This document shows, piece by piece, positions 39,506 to 53,500 of a stretch of DNA of 64,000 nt. Position numbers and translations under genes: made by a program. The number at the start of each line of letters is the position of its first letter. Positions within the stretch are counted from its first letter, which is position 1. The DNA comes from Lama guanicoe (lineage: Eukaryota), in assembly GCA_013239625.1 (NCBI GenBank), contig MU054831.1:1823408-1887407 (forward strand), written 5' to 3'. The notes under the pieces are model-generated. The model was given only the letters and a program-made list of their open reading frames with translations. It was not told the origin of the DNA and made no database searches.

Positions 39506-39593
39506 GGGGTTCTGCTACTTCAACTCCGTGGCCATCGCAGCCAAGCTCCTCCAGCAAAGGCTGAATGTGACCAAGACCCTCGTCGTGGACTGG
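39506..39593 (+). CDS. HDAC4: HDAC4 coding exon (~exon 20): GFC motif
   Basis: aactgcag|GGGGTTC ... GACTGG|gtgagg; 88 nt; (M)[29 protein letters not shown]. Confidence 0.96.
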
Positions 39594-40429
39594 GTGAGGG
39601 GCCGCTCCCGGGAAGGGGGCTGCCGGCATGACTGTATTCCCAGCAGACAGTCCGGTGCGGGGGGAGAGGCACCGGCCCTCCTGCCTCCCCTGCAGTTGGA
39701 TTTCAGGACCTCAGCTTTCTGGAAACTACCCTGAAGATGCAGAAAATCAAAGCCCAGACCTTTTAGGAGACTGTCTTACAGCTCCACCCAGCCAATCCTG
39801 CCAATCACTGGTTTCTGAAATGTCGAGAGACAGGTCGTGGTTGAGGGCAGCAGCCGAAGGGAGGGGGTGGTCCTCGGCGAAGCCCAGCGGGAAGGCGGGG
39901 TAGGGCAGGTAGTGAGGCCTGACCTGCACGGTCTGAGGGCCTGGTCACCCTCTCCCTGGCTGCCCCCCATGCCTCTGCCCCCCAGGCAGTTTTGCTCCAA
40001 ACGCCCGTCCTGCCCCTGCAGGGGGACCCGGTCTGTGCCGGCTTGACCTCCTCCCCCATTTTCCTGTTGGAGGGGCCGCTCCTGACAGCCCCACTGCCCC
40101 AGAGGGCTAACTCCGAAAAATGACTCGGAATAACCGAACCACAAAAGTGGGTGTACGGAGCCTCGTACTGGGGGGTGGTGTCCGAGGTGCTGACTGCGCC
40201 TTTTTCAGCCGTACGCGGCAGGGCATGTGTTTTGGTGTTTGTGATATGTTTCATAAACTATTCAAGTTAAAGAAAGGCAGGTACATCAGGTGGGGTTACC
40301 TTTGATGCTGCAAAGTCCTTCTCGGTTTGTGAGAAAAAAACCAAAACACAGCCCAGGACACCCCCACGCTCCAGGCAGCAGGCGCTGGTGACAGAGGTTG
40401 AGGGGCCCTTAGAGGCTGAGGCCACATGA

Positions 40430-40861
<432 letters not shown>

Positions 40862-41339
40862 TGAGAGACTGGAGACCATCCTGTCTCTGGTCTGGGCAGA
40901 CTACGTGTTTGTGAGCAGGTGAGCAGGGGTGCCCTCCATCCTCCAGGAAGGCTGCTTCATGCAGTTCAAACTGCATCTCAGGCTTTGCCTCTTGTCGCAT
41001 CCCTCGGTGCTGGTCCAGACCTGCCCAGCGGGTACCGCAGGTGAGCCCAGAGCAGCAGGCTCCTCCACGACACCCCAGTGCCCCAGCAGAGCCCCCCACT
41101 CTGAACCAAGAGGCCTGATGGTGGGGAACGCCACCCGTGGAAAAACTGTCAGCCGCTGGGTCTCATTCTCAGAAGGAGGTTGGGAAGGACAGCCTGTCTT
41201 GCTGACGTTTCTGGTTGCCCTCTGCCGGCACCCACAGCCCGGAGCTGCCCGCCCACACGCACGGCCGGGTCCCTGCCCTGCGCCCGGGCAGGCGGCTCCC
41301 CGCAGTGCCACATGTGCTCTGCAAACACGCTGTCATTGA

Positions 41340-41564
<225 letters not shown>

Positions 41565-43156
41565 TGAGGTGCTGGCTCCCCTCCCGAGGCATTCACAGGA
41601 CCAGGCTCAGGCCCGGGCAGGGCCTGCCCCCCTGTGACCTAGCTCTTCCTCTGCGAGCGCGCCCTCAGCGTGCACCTGTGGAGACTGACTTCCCGTCTCT
41701 GCATCGGGAGGAATGGGCGCTGGGGCTCCTCAGAGCTGGTTCTTGCAGCCAGAGGTGGCATCTTCCAGGCTGTCTGTGTGCCTTCCGGCTGCAGTGTCTC
41801 CGTCTTGTGCTTTAAATAAGAAACAGGAATTTGCCCCGGGTCCTGATGGTAAGAAGTGAGGGAGGCCGAGGCGAGGTGTCACCAGGTGTCACGTTAGAGA
41901 AAAGCGGGCGCTCGATTCTGAAGGTTCCTAATCTCTTAACTTTTCTCCCAAGAAACCTTCTGTGACATAATGAGAAACAGAAATAAACACCCTCCTGTTT
42001 TGACATAAAGCTCAGGAGGCATCTCCCCGGGCATCCCGCTTCCTCTGCGTTCCGCTGGCGTCAGAGTCGAGCTGCAGGGAAATTTTTTACAACATGGCGT
42101 TTGCTTTTGTCATCAAATGGTGATCGACTTTGATCTGGGCCAGACTGAAGGGATTCCTGCGGCCAAAGACAGGGGCTCTGGGCGCAGGTTTCTGCCTGTT
42201 GGAGACAGAGCTCCCTCCTGTCCCCGAGGGGCAAGTGGCCCGAGGGCTCCCCGGCCTGAGCGCGGGCACTGGAGGCCCCGTGAGGGCCGAAGCGTGCCAG
42301 ACCTCCTGTCTCTGGTAGAAACGCCATCCCTGCATGTGGCCCTGGAGCCCCGTGCCGTTCCTGGGGACCGCTCTCCCTCCCTCTTGAACTCCATGTTCTT
42401 GTTGTCCTGCTGTGTCTAAGTACAAAGCACGCACGTGCAGGCGTGTGTGCACCTGTGTCTGTGGGTGATGTGCGCGTGGCTGTGACTCCATCAGTGGACA
42501 CGCCCGTGGCAGTTTGGCCGTGGACTCTTCTGCATGCTCTGTGGGGGCCTGCAGAGGTCACGGGACCCTCGCAGCCTCTGCTTCCTCATCTCGAATCCCA
42601 ACCCTGGTCCCCAGCCGCAGGGGACACCTGGGTCTGTCACGTGAAGGCCTGGACTCGAGTGTGGCTCCCCGACGTGAGGCCCCTCCCCCGGGCTCTCAGC
42701 CCCCAGAAGCGGCGGCTCCGACGCGGTCAGCGACCAGACGGTGGCACTGGTCTGCGCTAAGCGGCGTCCATCCCCTCCTTAGGAGACCTGCCTGGTCTCC
42801 ACCTGAACCACTGTTTCCTCCCATCTCTGGTTTAATTGTGTCATTTCTTCTTCCTCTGGATCAGATATACTGTAGTTTTGACATTTGCCCTCATTTTTTA
42901 AGGGGGAGGGGCTCCCCCAGACTGACACCACACCTGAAATCTGCTCGTGAACACAGGCAAACATCAGCTTCAGGAAATCTGGCACCACTGTCACTGGTCG
43001 GGGTTGTCACTGCCTGTCCCCGGGAGGCCCTCGGGCCACCAGCACTGTGTCACGTCCCCCCGAGAGCCGGCCTTCTTCGGGGCTTCCTGGGAGATGACGT
43101 GTCCGGGCGCCTGCCGTGGGAGGCGTGGGCAGTCCTCCAGTGAGCCCTGGGGCCCC

Positions 43157-43189
43157 GGGGCCGGGGCCGGGGCTGGGGCTGGGGGAGGG
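43157..43189 (+). repeat. Short (GGGGCY)n tract, G-quadruplex-competent
   Basis: ggggccggggccggggctggggctgggggaggg. Confidence 0.85.
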
Positions 43190-44229
43190 TCCCAGCACGG
43201 CTGATTCTGGTGTCGGCAGATAAGGTGGACTTTCTCTGAACTGACTTAAAGTGATCAAAATGGGTGGTTCTCTCCTCCTGCAGACCACTTCTTTCTTTCG
43301 GGCCAGGTTCCAGCTGAATTGGCCCCCGGGTCCTGTCTCGGGGGGCCCTGGGCCTCTGATCACGGGTCCCCGGGCTGCCGCCCCTCACCCCGACTCCCTC
43401 CCGCCTTTTAGACAAAGCTTTCACTCCGAGTCGCTGCTGACGCTCCGTTTTAATCTTTTGCCAAGTGCGTACATGATGATGCTCTATCAAATGAAAGCTG
43501 AAACAGCCTCTTTGAAAAGGAAAATTGTTTCAGGGTCCTTTTTTTCATTATTGATTTTAATGTAAAGTAGCACTTTGAAGTTTACAGCTTACGGTTCCCT
43601 GGGCATCGATCGGTGGGGGAAGGAGGGTCAGGACCCATTTTCCTGCCTCCGGGAACCGCTCCCCCCGCCCGGGACGACGCACGCCTTCAAGGCAGCACCT
43701 TGTGCTCAGACCCATGCCTGCCTCGTTGCATTTCAGGAGATCAGGCCAAGATGAAGAAGAGATAAGAAAACCGCCCCTAATGAAACCCAGACGCAGCGGC
43801 ACTTTCTCCTGGGCTCGGAGGCTTGTCGGGGAAGAGGGGGCCTTAACTCAAACCAGCCGGGCCTCTGCTTTGAAGTCTGCTGCGCAGGGCGAGGCCTTCC
43901 CGCAGGCCGGAGATACTGGTGCACGTTCCTTAACCCCTCGCTCACCTGCCTCCTGGCGACTGAGCAGGTCACCGACAGCGCAGCAGAGGCCACTGGGACC
44001 CTCTGTGCCTTGGGCCCAGTGCGGAGTAAATGCGGTATCACAGAGGTGATGAGAGTTGTCAGGGAGGCCGGGTGCCCGAGGTGGTAACTCTAATCTCTTC
44101 GTGAGTTGAGAATTGCTTTTAAATTGAGCAGCTGGGGAGATGCACTGCATTTATGCCAGCTTCAAACACGGCAGGGAGCGTGAGGCTCTTGATATTTCCA
44201 TGAAGTGTGTTTTGGGCTTTTTGCTTTAA

Positions 44230-44320
44230 CATTTAAATTTTTTTTGTTGTGCTGAAATATGCCTAAAACGTACGGCTTTAACCACGTGTGAGTGTACAGT
44301 TTGGCGGGGCTGCCTGCGGT
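44230..44320 (-). mobile_element. Short old L1M 3'-end fragment
   Basis: T-rich start plus 'ttaaccacgtgtgagtgtacagtttggcgg', similar to the L1MB end 'ttaaccatttttaagtgtacagttcagtgg'. Confidence 0.4.
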
Positions 44321-44899
44321 CACAGGGGCGCACGTGTTCCAGAAAGGCTGCGCTGAGCGGCCCAGCGCTCACCGCTGTGGAGCCGCTGACCCACACCCTG
44401 GGCCCCACCGACTGGAGGCAGCTGTGTCTCTTTAAGGGCATACACACCTTCTCCTGTGCGGAAGTTTTATCTGAAGACGTTGTACAGTGTGTCTTAGCAA
44501 AAATTAGAAGCTGAAGCCTCCGGGTTTAGCAGACCCGTGTTCAGCCGTCTGCCCCGTCCCTGTGTGCAAGGTGGGCACGTGGGGCTTGCGCTCCGGGTGG
44601 CCGGGCCGCGAGCAGGTGGCTGTCGCTCCTGGGGCCGGTCTGCGAGGTTGGCTCAGGGCTCGGGCACCTGCTCTCCTGGTGAGGAGGCCTCCTGGCTGAG
44701 TCCTGGAGGAAGAGCCGCACAGGGTGTCAGGTAAGACGATGCGCTCGCAGGAGCAGCCTGAGGGAGGAGCCTACCTGTCGCTGGCCGCCCCGCAGAGCTC
44801 GGTGTGACGTGTCGAGGGCCTAGCCTGTGCGCTTGACAGCCCAGCGACAGGCTTGGTTCCGGGAGGGGTGGGCTTCAACCAGGAAGGATGACTGCGCCC

Positions 44900-45250
44900 G
44901 GCCAGGGCCGGGAATAGGGTGGGGGGCCCGTTTCAGGATGTGTTGGAGTGAGATAAGATTGAGGGTGGGGTTCCAGTGAGATCTCAAGATGCTGGCCTGG
45001 GAGGAGGGTGGGGGTACCCAGGGAAGAGCCAGGAGGTGGGGTTTCAGGTTTAGCTGGAGGACGGTGCAGCTCAGGACACCAGCATTAGCAGATTTTCAGG
45101 CAAAAACTAGAAAGTGTCCCTGATTTGGCAGCTGGGAGGCCACTGGTGACTTGGAAAGGACAGTTGAGGTTGGGTCAGAATGTTCTGTGCTGGGGAGAGA
45201 GCGGGACGTGGGGACAGGGGACAGACAGCATGCCTGCTCTTCTGAAGACT
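44900..45250 (-). mobile_element. Degenerate L2 fragment
   Basis: 'gatttggcagctgggaggccactggtgacttggaaagg' resembles an antisense L2 motif. Confidence 0.45.
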
Positions 45251-47869
45251 GGGGGGTGGGGGAGGGGGTGGGCAGGAGAGGACCTGGGGCCCACGGGGTG
45301 CTGAGGCTTCTCAAACCAGAGGAAGGGGGCAGGCAGGGGAGTCCTGGGAGGCTGGGTCGCCCCCTCATCGAGGTCAAGAAAGAGCCGCTGGGCCCAGCCC
45401 TGCAGAGACCCGCGCCTCAGGCTGGTGGTGGGTCCTCTGGCATTTACTCCCCAGGTGCATAAAGGGAAGGGGTGCCATGTGCTGGGAGGACAAGGGGCAC
45501 TGAGGCGGGAAAGCTGCTCAGTCCATGTGTGAAGGCCCGACAGCCGTGGAGGGCGGGGGTGTGATGGGCCGGGGGGAGCAGTGCATGGGCACGAGGCCTC
45601 CTGGGGTGATGACCGCAGGGCGAGGAGCCGGCAGGGCCAGCGTGACAGCTACAGGAGCACAGGGAGGGAGGAGTGGATTAGCATCGGGAGTAGCCACGTG
45701 CCCACAGCGTGCCCCCCTGGAGGCTGCCGGGGAGAGGGAGGGCCGTCCCCAGCTTGCCCGGTGAAGTCAGCTGGAAGCACTCGGGGCAGCGGCTCTGAAG
45801 CAGGGAAGGGGCTGTGGGTGCAGAGCAGCCGGGCAGCGGGGGCAGGAGCGGGGCTGGCCTGGCTTCTTTCAGGGAGGAAGGACTTGAGCCTGGCTGTAGC
45901 ATCACCATCGTGGCAGCCAGGCTGGGACAGCTGAGTCTCTACCATCTGCATCTCTGTTTGATTCTAACTCTCGGCCGAGTTCACACACTGGACGAGCAGG
46001 CGCCCCAGCCTCTGACCGGGCAATTCTGGTGGAGGCGTGGGTTTTGGCGGCTCTCTTGCAAGGATGCAGGGACTCCGGAAGCACGGATGCTCAGAGGCCG
46101 TGCCCACCGCGCGGGTGTGCGATGATTCCGGAATCCCTTCCTGGCCCTTAGAGCGAGAACTTGCGCAGCACACGACGGAAGGGATTTCTCGGTTATCAAC
46201 ATGCCACAGTTGTTGAAGTTGTGGGGTCAGGTATCCTGGGCGACGCCACCGTGGAGCTGGGTCTGCTGATTCAGGTGTGGCAGCAGCGGGGCCCGTCGGC
46301 CAGCACCGCCGGCTCGCAGGGACCGGCGCAGATGTCGAACTGCTAGACTTGCTGAACACTGCCGCGAGGGACGAGTGCGAGGGGGCAGTGCCCGGCCTGT
46401 GAGCGTCCCGGTGCCGCGTGGAAGTGGGGTTTGCGGGCCGTTTGTGTGGACGGTGCTCTGGGGCAGTTGGGGGCAGCAGGGAGCCAGGGCAGCGTGTCAG
46501 GCCTGACCTGGCTCCCGTGGAGGCTCTGGCGCTGTGCCCAAGTCCCCCACGCCCTCCGGCACCGGTGGGCGCAGCCCCCAGAAGACGGCGCCTTGTCTGC
46601 TGGCTGTGCCAGGCCGCGTGCCCCAGGCTGGTGTTGACCGTGAGTTTGGTGGGTTTGTGTGGGGCCCTGTCGGGGGTGAACCTGGTTGGGCTCAGTTCTT
46701 TTTAGAGACTGGAACCCACTGTTGACTCAGTTGTTGTCTGTAGATTCCATTGCGGGATTTGGAGATGGTGCGTTTGTGCACCCCGTAATCCGATGTTATA
46801 CGGCAGCTTATAAAGACACGATTCTGTGAGCTCTGAGTACCTGGTCGCACCAAGGGCACTGCTTCTTTCACAGAGTGGCCAGTGGACTGAGTGGGAGTCC
46901 CAGGTCAGCAAGTTACACCTGTCTACACCCGTCCGCTCGCCTGCACCTCCCCGGACGCCCAGCCCAGCTTTCCCTCCTGGAAGCCTGGCCGCAGGTGCGG
47001 CTGGCCAGCAAGCTCCCAGGACTGAGGGAGGGCCGGAGCGGTGTCAGGAACAAAGCACAGAAGCTGGTCCTGTGGCGGCCCAGAGGTCTGGGCCGTGTCC
47101 CCAGGGTCTTGTGGGACAGCAGGGGAGCCCCGGCCACCTGTGCCACCTGAGCTCACCGGCCCTGCCCCTCAGGGCTGCACCCAGGCTGCTGGTGCCTGGA
47201 ACCGTCCCCTCACCCCTTCCCACGCTGGGGCACACCTGGCCGCTCCTCCCCCGGAGGCCTGCCGGTTCCCCTCCATCTGAGCGGACAGTGATGCTCTGCC
47301 ACCTTGGGAAGCTCCCAGCCTGCCCCTCTCTGCCAGTGGGGTGCCCTGCAGAAGGTCACGGGGGACACCGTAGACACTCACCTTACAGCAGTGGGTTGAG
47401 AGGAGGCTCCAGCCAATATTCAGATCTTACTTTCAAAGACTAAGTTGTTCATTACAGTTTGATTCTAGAGGTAAAACCTAAGTCCTGTTTCCCATTTTCC
47501 TCGCAGCATCCATTAAGTAGTGATGTTCTGACACCTGCCCTCCCACACGAGGGTCCCGGGTGAGGTGATGGTGCAGGTCCCAGAGACAGGCGGCCAGGCT
47601 GTCAGGAGCGCCACGTCCAGCCCTCGTCTTCCGTCGAGGAGGGTGACCTCTCTCAGGGCTCCAGGCACAGGGAACTTGGGGCTGGAGGCCCACTCGGCAC
47701 AGCCTGGCTCTCAGCACTGTTTCAGGTCTTGTTCGCTTTGGCAAGTGTTTGAGATGACAGCCTGGAGGGTTCAGACCAGGAAGGTAAAATGAGTGTGTGT
47801 TCACATACATTGACGGTCCCAGCTGCTCCTGCTCACGCCTGGCCGGTGTGCACGTGGCCCCTCCCCATT

Positions 47870-48200
47870 CACCTCCCACACACCACATACACACAGATAC
47901 ACACCGCCCACACACACAGACACACTCACACCCACCTCAACACACACCCCCCAGCACAATACCCCCACTATATACACCACACACCCTGACACGACACACA
48001 CACATGCCCCCACCACACATACCACGCCCACACACCCGACACACCCNNNNNNNNNNNNNNNNNNNNNNNNNNNNNNNNNNNNNNNNNNNNNNNNNAACAT
48101 GCCCCCACCACACACACCACACCCACACACCTCAACATGACGCACCCCACCACACACCACACACCTACACACACACCCCCCCACCACACACACCCCAACA
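47870..48200. repeat. CA-rich low-complexity tract containing an assembly gap
   Basis: Degenerate (CACAC/CCAC)n; N run at 48047-48095. Confidence 0.9.
48047..48095. other. Assembly gap (49 N)
   Basis: Run of n. Confidence 1.
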
Positions 48201-48955
48201 CGAGGGATCATGCTCTTCGTTCTGTTGTGATTGGCTCTGGGACGATGCCACACACCAAGCACAGACTCCAGGGACCCTCTTGGTATTAACTCCCTCTAAT
48301 GATGATTTTAGCAGGGCTGTTTTTTTAATTTCGTGGGGGATTAGAAATGAAACAGCTCAGCAGTACTTCAAAGCCCAGGGCTGAAGCCCCCACACGCACT
48401 TGCTTCAGAACGAGCCGGTGTCTGAGAAAACGTCTGTGGTTTTCATTGAAAAAACATCCTGGCTTTAAAACCCGTATCATGACCGTGGTCGAAACTAGTA
48501 TCCCGCCCAAAGACAAAGTTTATGTGATGAGAACTTCATTAAAATAATTGAAAGCCCGTCTCCCTGGAACGTTGGAGGCACGTGTGGAGGGCCCCGTTGG
48601 GCCCTGGGGGTCTCCACCGAGGGGCAGTGGCCTGTGCCTGTGGGGAGACGCCACGTCTGCTGGCCGCGGGGACGGATGCGGGCAGCTGTCCCTGGCTTCC
48701 GAGGGGCCCTCTCCCCCTGCCAGCCTAGACTGAGAATGGCCCCTGCCACCCCCGTGGTGTGGCCGTCCGCACAGACGCCGGCGCGCGTCTGAAGCAGAGG
48801 CTTTGTGTGAAAGGCGTCACTCTCCGCGTTGCGCTCACCGATTCCGTGACCTCTGTGGCAGCATCCATCCCGGTGGCACAAAGATGTGTGAGAATCTGGG
48901 GCTGGTGTCTTAGGTCGAAGGACTTTACCAGCGTTGTAACAGCACGAGTCTGGAG

Positions 48956-49168
48956 CGGGGTTGGCAAAATGACCCACGGCCAGGTCCCCTGTGTGGTCCT
49001 AAGTAAAGTTTTGTTGGGACGCAGCCCCACCAACATGCTCGCCTGCCTTGGAGGCTGCTTTCCTGTGACAAGGGCAGTGTCGAGTGGTAGCAGCAGGACC
49101 ACATGACCAGAAGGCGGAAATATTTCATTGCCGTCTGGCCCTTGGCAGGAAGCACCTTCCAACCCGTG
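48956..49168 (+). mobile_element. MER58A-like hAT MITE, near full length, with perfect 8-bp TSD
   Basis: Terminal cggggttggcaaa ... ttccaacccgtg; internal 'taagtaaagttttgttgggacgcagcc', 'ggctgctttc', 'aaatattt..tctggccctt'; gtctggag at both 48948-48955 and 49169-49176. Confidence 0.88.
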
Positions 49169-49648
49169 GTCTGGAGTCACAGGCCATGCTCCTGGGCCCC
49201 CGACGGCTGGTCCACGAGGCGCTGACCTGGGTCCTTGGAGCTGCTTTCATCAGCCTGTGGAGAGGCCGTTCTGGGGGGAAGTGTGAATGGGGCACAGCCC
49301 CAGAAGGAAGGAAAGGAGAAGCGGGAAGGTTTTGAAAGGCCAGCCTGGTCTCCTGTGACTCGAGTTCCAGAGGGGGGACTCCCGGCTGGTGAAGTGCCAG
49401 CTGTGAGGTTGATGTGTTTTGACGACAGACTTCCCGGCACCGGCCTCTCCCCGCAGGGCGGACGGGTCTTTCAGCGCCGGGCGGCACGTGCTCCCTGGAG
49501 CTGGGCCGGGCACGCCGGCTGCCCCAAGGGCCCTGCGGGTAAGGGCAGCTGGATCTCCCCCTGCATGTGGCTCTCTGGGGTTTTCAGCACTTCCACCGCC
49601 TGAAACCAGAGGGATTTGCAACGGGACTGCCATCCAGAACGGTCCCTG

Positions 49649-50320
49649 GGAAATAGATTCACTCTGTGACCCAGCAGTCCTACTCCTGGGCATATATCCA
49701 GGGAGAACTCTAACTCAAAAAGATAGAAGCACCCCCATGTNNNNNNNNNNNNNNNNNNNNNNNNNNNNNNNNNNNNNNNNNNNNNNNNNNNNNNNNNNNN
49801 NNNNNNNNNNNNNNNNNNNNNNNNNNNNNNNNNNNNNNNNNNNNNNNNNNNNNNNNNNNNNNNNNNNNNNNNNNNNNNNNNNNNGTGGTTGGAACTGGAG
49901 ATCGTTATTCTAAGCGAAGTAGGCCAGAAAGAGAAAGAAAAATACCATACGATACTACTTATATGTGGAATCTTAAAAAAAAAGAGAAAGGACATAAATG
50001 AACTTATTTCCCAAACAGAGACAGACTCACAGACATAGAAAACAAACTTACGGTTGCCAGGGGGAGAAGGGGGTAGAGTGGGTAAATTGGGAGTTTGGGA
50101 TTAACAGATACACACTACTATGTATAAAATAGATAAACAACAAGGTCCTACTGTACAGCACAGGGAGCTACAATTGTTAATGACCTATAATGAAAAAATA
50201 TGAAAAGGAATATATATATACACATACACACACACATATATAACAGAATCACTATGCTGTACACCAAAAATTAGCATATCATTGTAAACTGACTTTACTT
50301 CAACTAAAAAAAAAGAAAAA
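49649..50320 (+). mobile_element. 5'-truncated L1 (end of ORF2, 3'UTR, polyA) with 14-bp TSD, artiodactyl-type
   Basis: 'gacccagcagtcctactcctgggcatatatcca', 'ctaagcgaagtaggccagaaagagaaag', 'acagactcacagacatagaaaacaaactt', A tail; flanked by cagaacggtccctg (49635-49648) and cagaacgattcctg (50321-50334). Confidence 0.92.
49741..49884. other. Assembly gap (144 N) inside the L1
   Basis: Run of n. Confidence 1.
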
Positions 50321-51527
50321 CAGAACGATTCCTGAATAGAATAACGTTTAACCTTGCGCATTTTGTTTCTTTGGCCAAAGTTGTTGCCTTACGGGGTTGA
50401 CTTCGCTGACTGAAGTGGCGATCCCATTTAGGGAAAGGTGAACGGGAGACGGGGGGCTGTTCAGGGCCATCTCCGCCCCCCGTGGCCGTGGCATTCTCCA
50501 GAGATTTGCGTGTGCGGAGGGAGGTGACCTCGGATGTGGTTCTCGGGCCTGGGGCCATGGAACAGCCCGTGGGTCCTGCAGCTCTGAGATGCAGGCACAG
50601 GGCTTTACAACCACAGCGTGAACCCTGGCCTCCCTCCGCCGGGGATGGAGAGGTGGGCCTGCGGAGGCTGATGGCATGGGCCGCACGCACCCCTCGCTCC
50701 GCCTGCCGTGGAGCCCAGGCCCCGGCGCTGTGACCTGCCTGCCTCGGGCAGGAAGGAGACCGGAGGCCAGGGTGCTTTTCCAAATCAAATAAAGCAAGCT
50801 GAGATGACAGGGGCAAGCGCTCGACTTGCTGTTGTGGCGCGTCTCCCGTCCCACGCGCAGCGTGTTTACAGGACGCGCTGGGCGGGTCGGGCTAAGGACT
50901 TCTTCCTGTTCTTCAGGTAGACCCTCCCTTGTTTCCCGAGCGCAGCTTAACTGCTGAAGTTCTCAGCGGGTGCTTATGTTTCTGACCAGTCATTTCTCTT
51001 AAATTCAATTATCAGATTTTCTCTTTAAAGATCGTAAGCATCCAGTTTCTTTTTAATTAACCTGATGCACCCCCCCTGGCACGTGAGGGTGTGGGTCGCT
51101 CGGTCAGTCCTTGCTGACAGCGTGGCTCTCCCCTTCTCACCCGCACACGGCTCTGCGTCCCTGGTTCTGGGGCAGTGACCGCGCCACCTTGAATCAGGGC
51201 CGGCCCCTGAACGTGAGCAGAGGATGCACCCAGTCTCCCCCCGCAGGAGGGAGATGGAGGGGCGGGAGGACCCCACGCAGCCTGGCAGCTGGCGCCCCCC
51301 CGCTGCCCACACGAGGTAGCGTGGCTGGGGCCCTGGAGATTGCAGACCACTTCCAGAATAGGCCAGGACAGCCTCCTGGAACCCCAGCTGTTCTGTGGCT
51401 CACACCCAGTCTGTGTCCTGCGCTTGCGTGTGGGTTTGGGTTTTTAAGGTCCCGTAATGTGAGCCTCGATCACACCTGTGTGGTCTTCCTTCCAAGTGCA
51501 GCTCCCGTGCAGAGCCACAGCCCCTGA

Positions 51528-52016
<489 letters not shown>

Positions 52017-53266
52017 TAAAACCCGTGCAGAGGGAAATAGCCAACAGCAGGTTTGCTTCAGAGCTGGAGGCGAGAGGAGGGCCCTTGCTTCTGCTCTGTC
52101 ACAGCGAAGCATGAAGGACTGAAAGCCCCCTGGCATCCAGGCTCGAGTCCACAGGAAGGCCCAGACGCCCCCAGCCCCCACCCGCCACGCTGCCCAGCAT
52201 CCTGGGTGTTGCAGCGGTCCAGGTGCTTGGGACCCTCCCAGCACGTGGCCCTGGTGACTTGTGCGAGGCCCCGGGAGCCCCCTACGTTGGCGTCAGTGCA
52301 GACAGCCAAGGAGAGCCTCTCCCCTGTCTTCACGTGGGGAGAACATGGGCTCCCTGGAGAAGAAAGACAGAGACAGAGGGCAGCCTCGGTGCCCCTCTGC
52401 TGGGCCACAGGGCTGAGGAAGCCACCGGGCAGAGAGCAGGCGTGTGGCTGCGCCTCCCTGTCGCCACCCCGTTCTGAGCTGCTTCAGGTGGTCCCCACGG
52501 CCGCCGTAGAGCCAGTGCCACTGTCCCATCAGACAGAAAGGACCCCAAGGCTGGAGGAAGTGACGGCCTCGCCGGTGCCCACAGCTGCCAGGGAGCCAAG
52601 CCCGCACTGGGCCTGGTCTGCCGACAGCCGGCCTGTGATGGGCCTAATCGGCGTGGCCTGGCTTCCCCGGCTCCCTGATAAATGCCAGGCTGTTCTGGCC
52701 GAAGGTGTGATTATCATGCCCCCCCAGGCGCTCCCTGATGGTGGGGGATGGTGTGGGTGCCGTGGGGGGACTGTGGCTGCTGATGAAAACCAGATGCTCC
52801 AGACGGGGGCGGGCGAGAGGCCCGAGGGGCAGCCGCGGTGCTGGCATGTGTGAGGGAATGTGCCCGGCACATCAGCTGAGCGGAACCCCCAGGCCCTGGG
52901 ATGGACGTGGCCCTGCCCAGCAGCTGCAAGGTGGGGGCCCAGCTGCCCTCGGCGGCCCTTCCACCTTCTGGCCTCTGGTCCCAGCAGGAGAGAGCTGAGG
53001 GCCCCCCCGGGTCCCTCCCCGCCCCCAAGCAAGATGATCTGCGGTGGTGTACAATCGAAGCTCCAAAGCCGTAATTCCTGCTTCCAAACAGATCAAAAAG
53101 AATTCCAAACCGAAATTCTTCCATGGATTTTTTACAATCAAACGCGGCTTCGATTATGTGTCTCCGTGTGCCAGCCCAGGGGTCTCTGATGGGCTGTGAT
53201 GTGAGGCACTGCGGACGCTTTGATCCGCTGCCAGGCGTCAGCGCCGTGGCCCAGCCTTGCCCTTGA

Positions 53267-53500
<234 letters not shown>

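Noticed and set aside
47797-48384. His/Thr/Pro-rich and Val/Cys/Gly-rich ORFs
   Set aside because: They are translations of a CA-rich low-complexity tract spanning an N gap.
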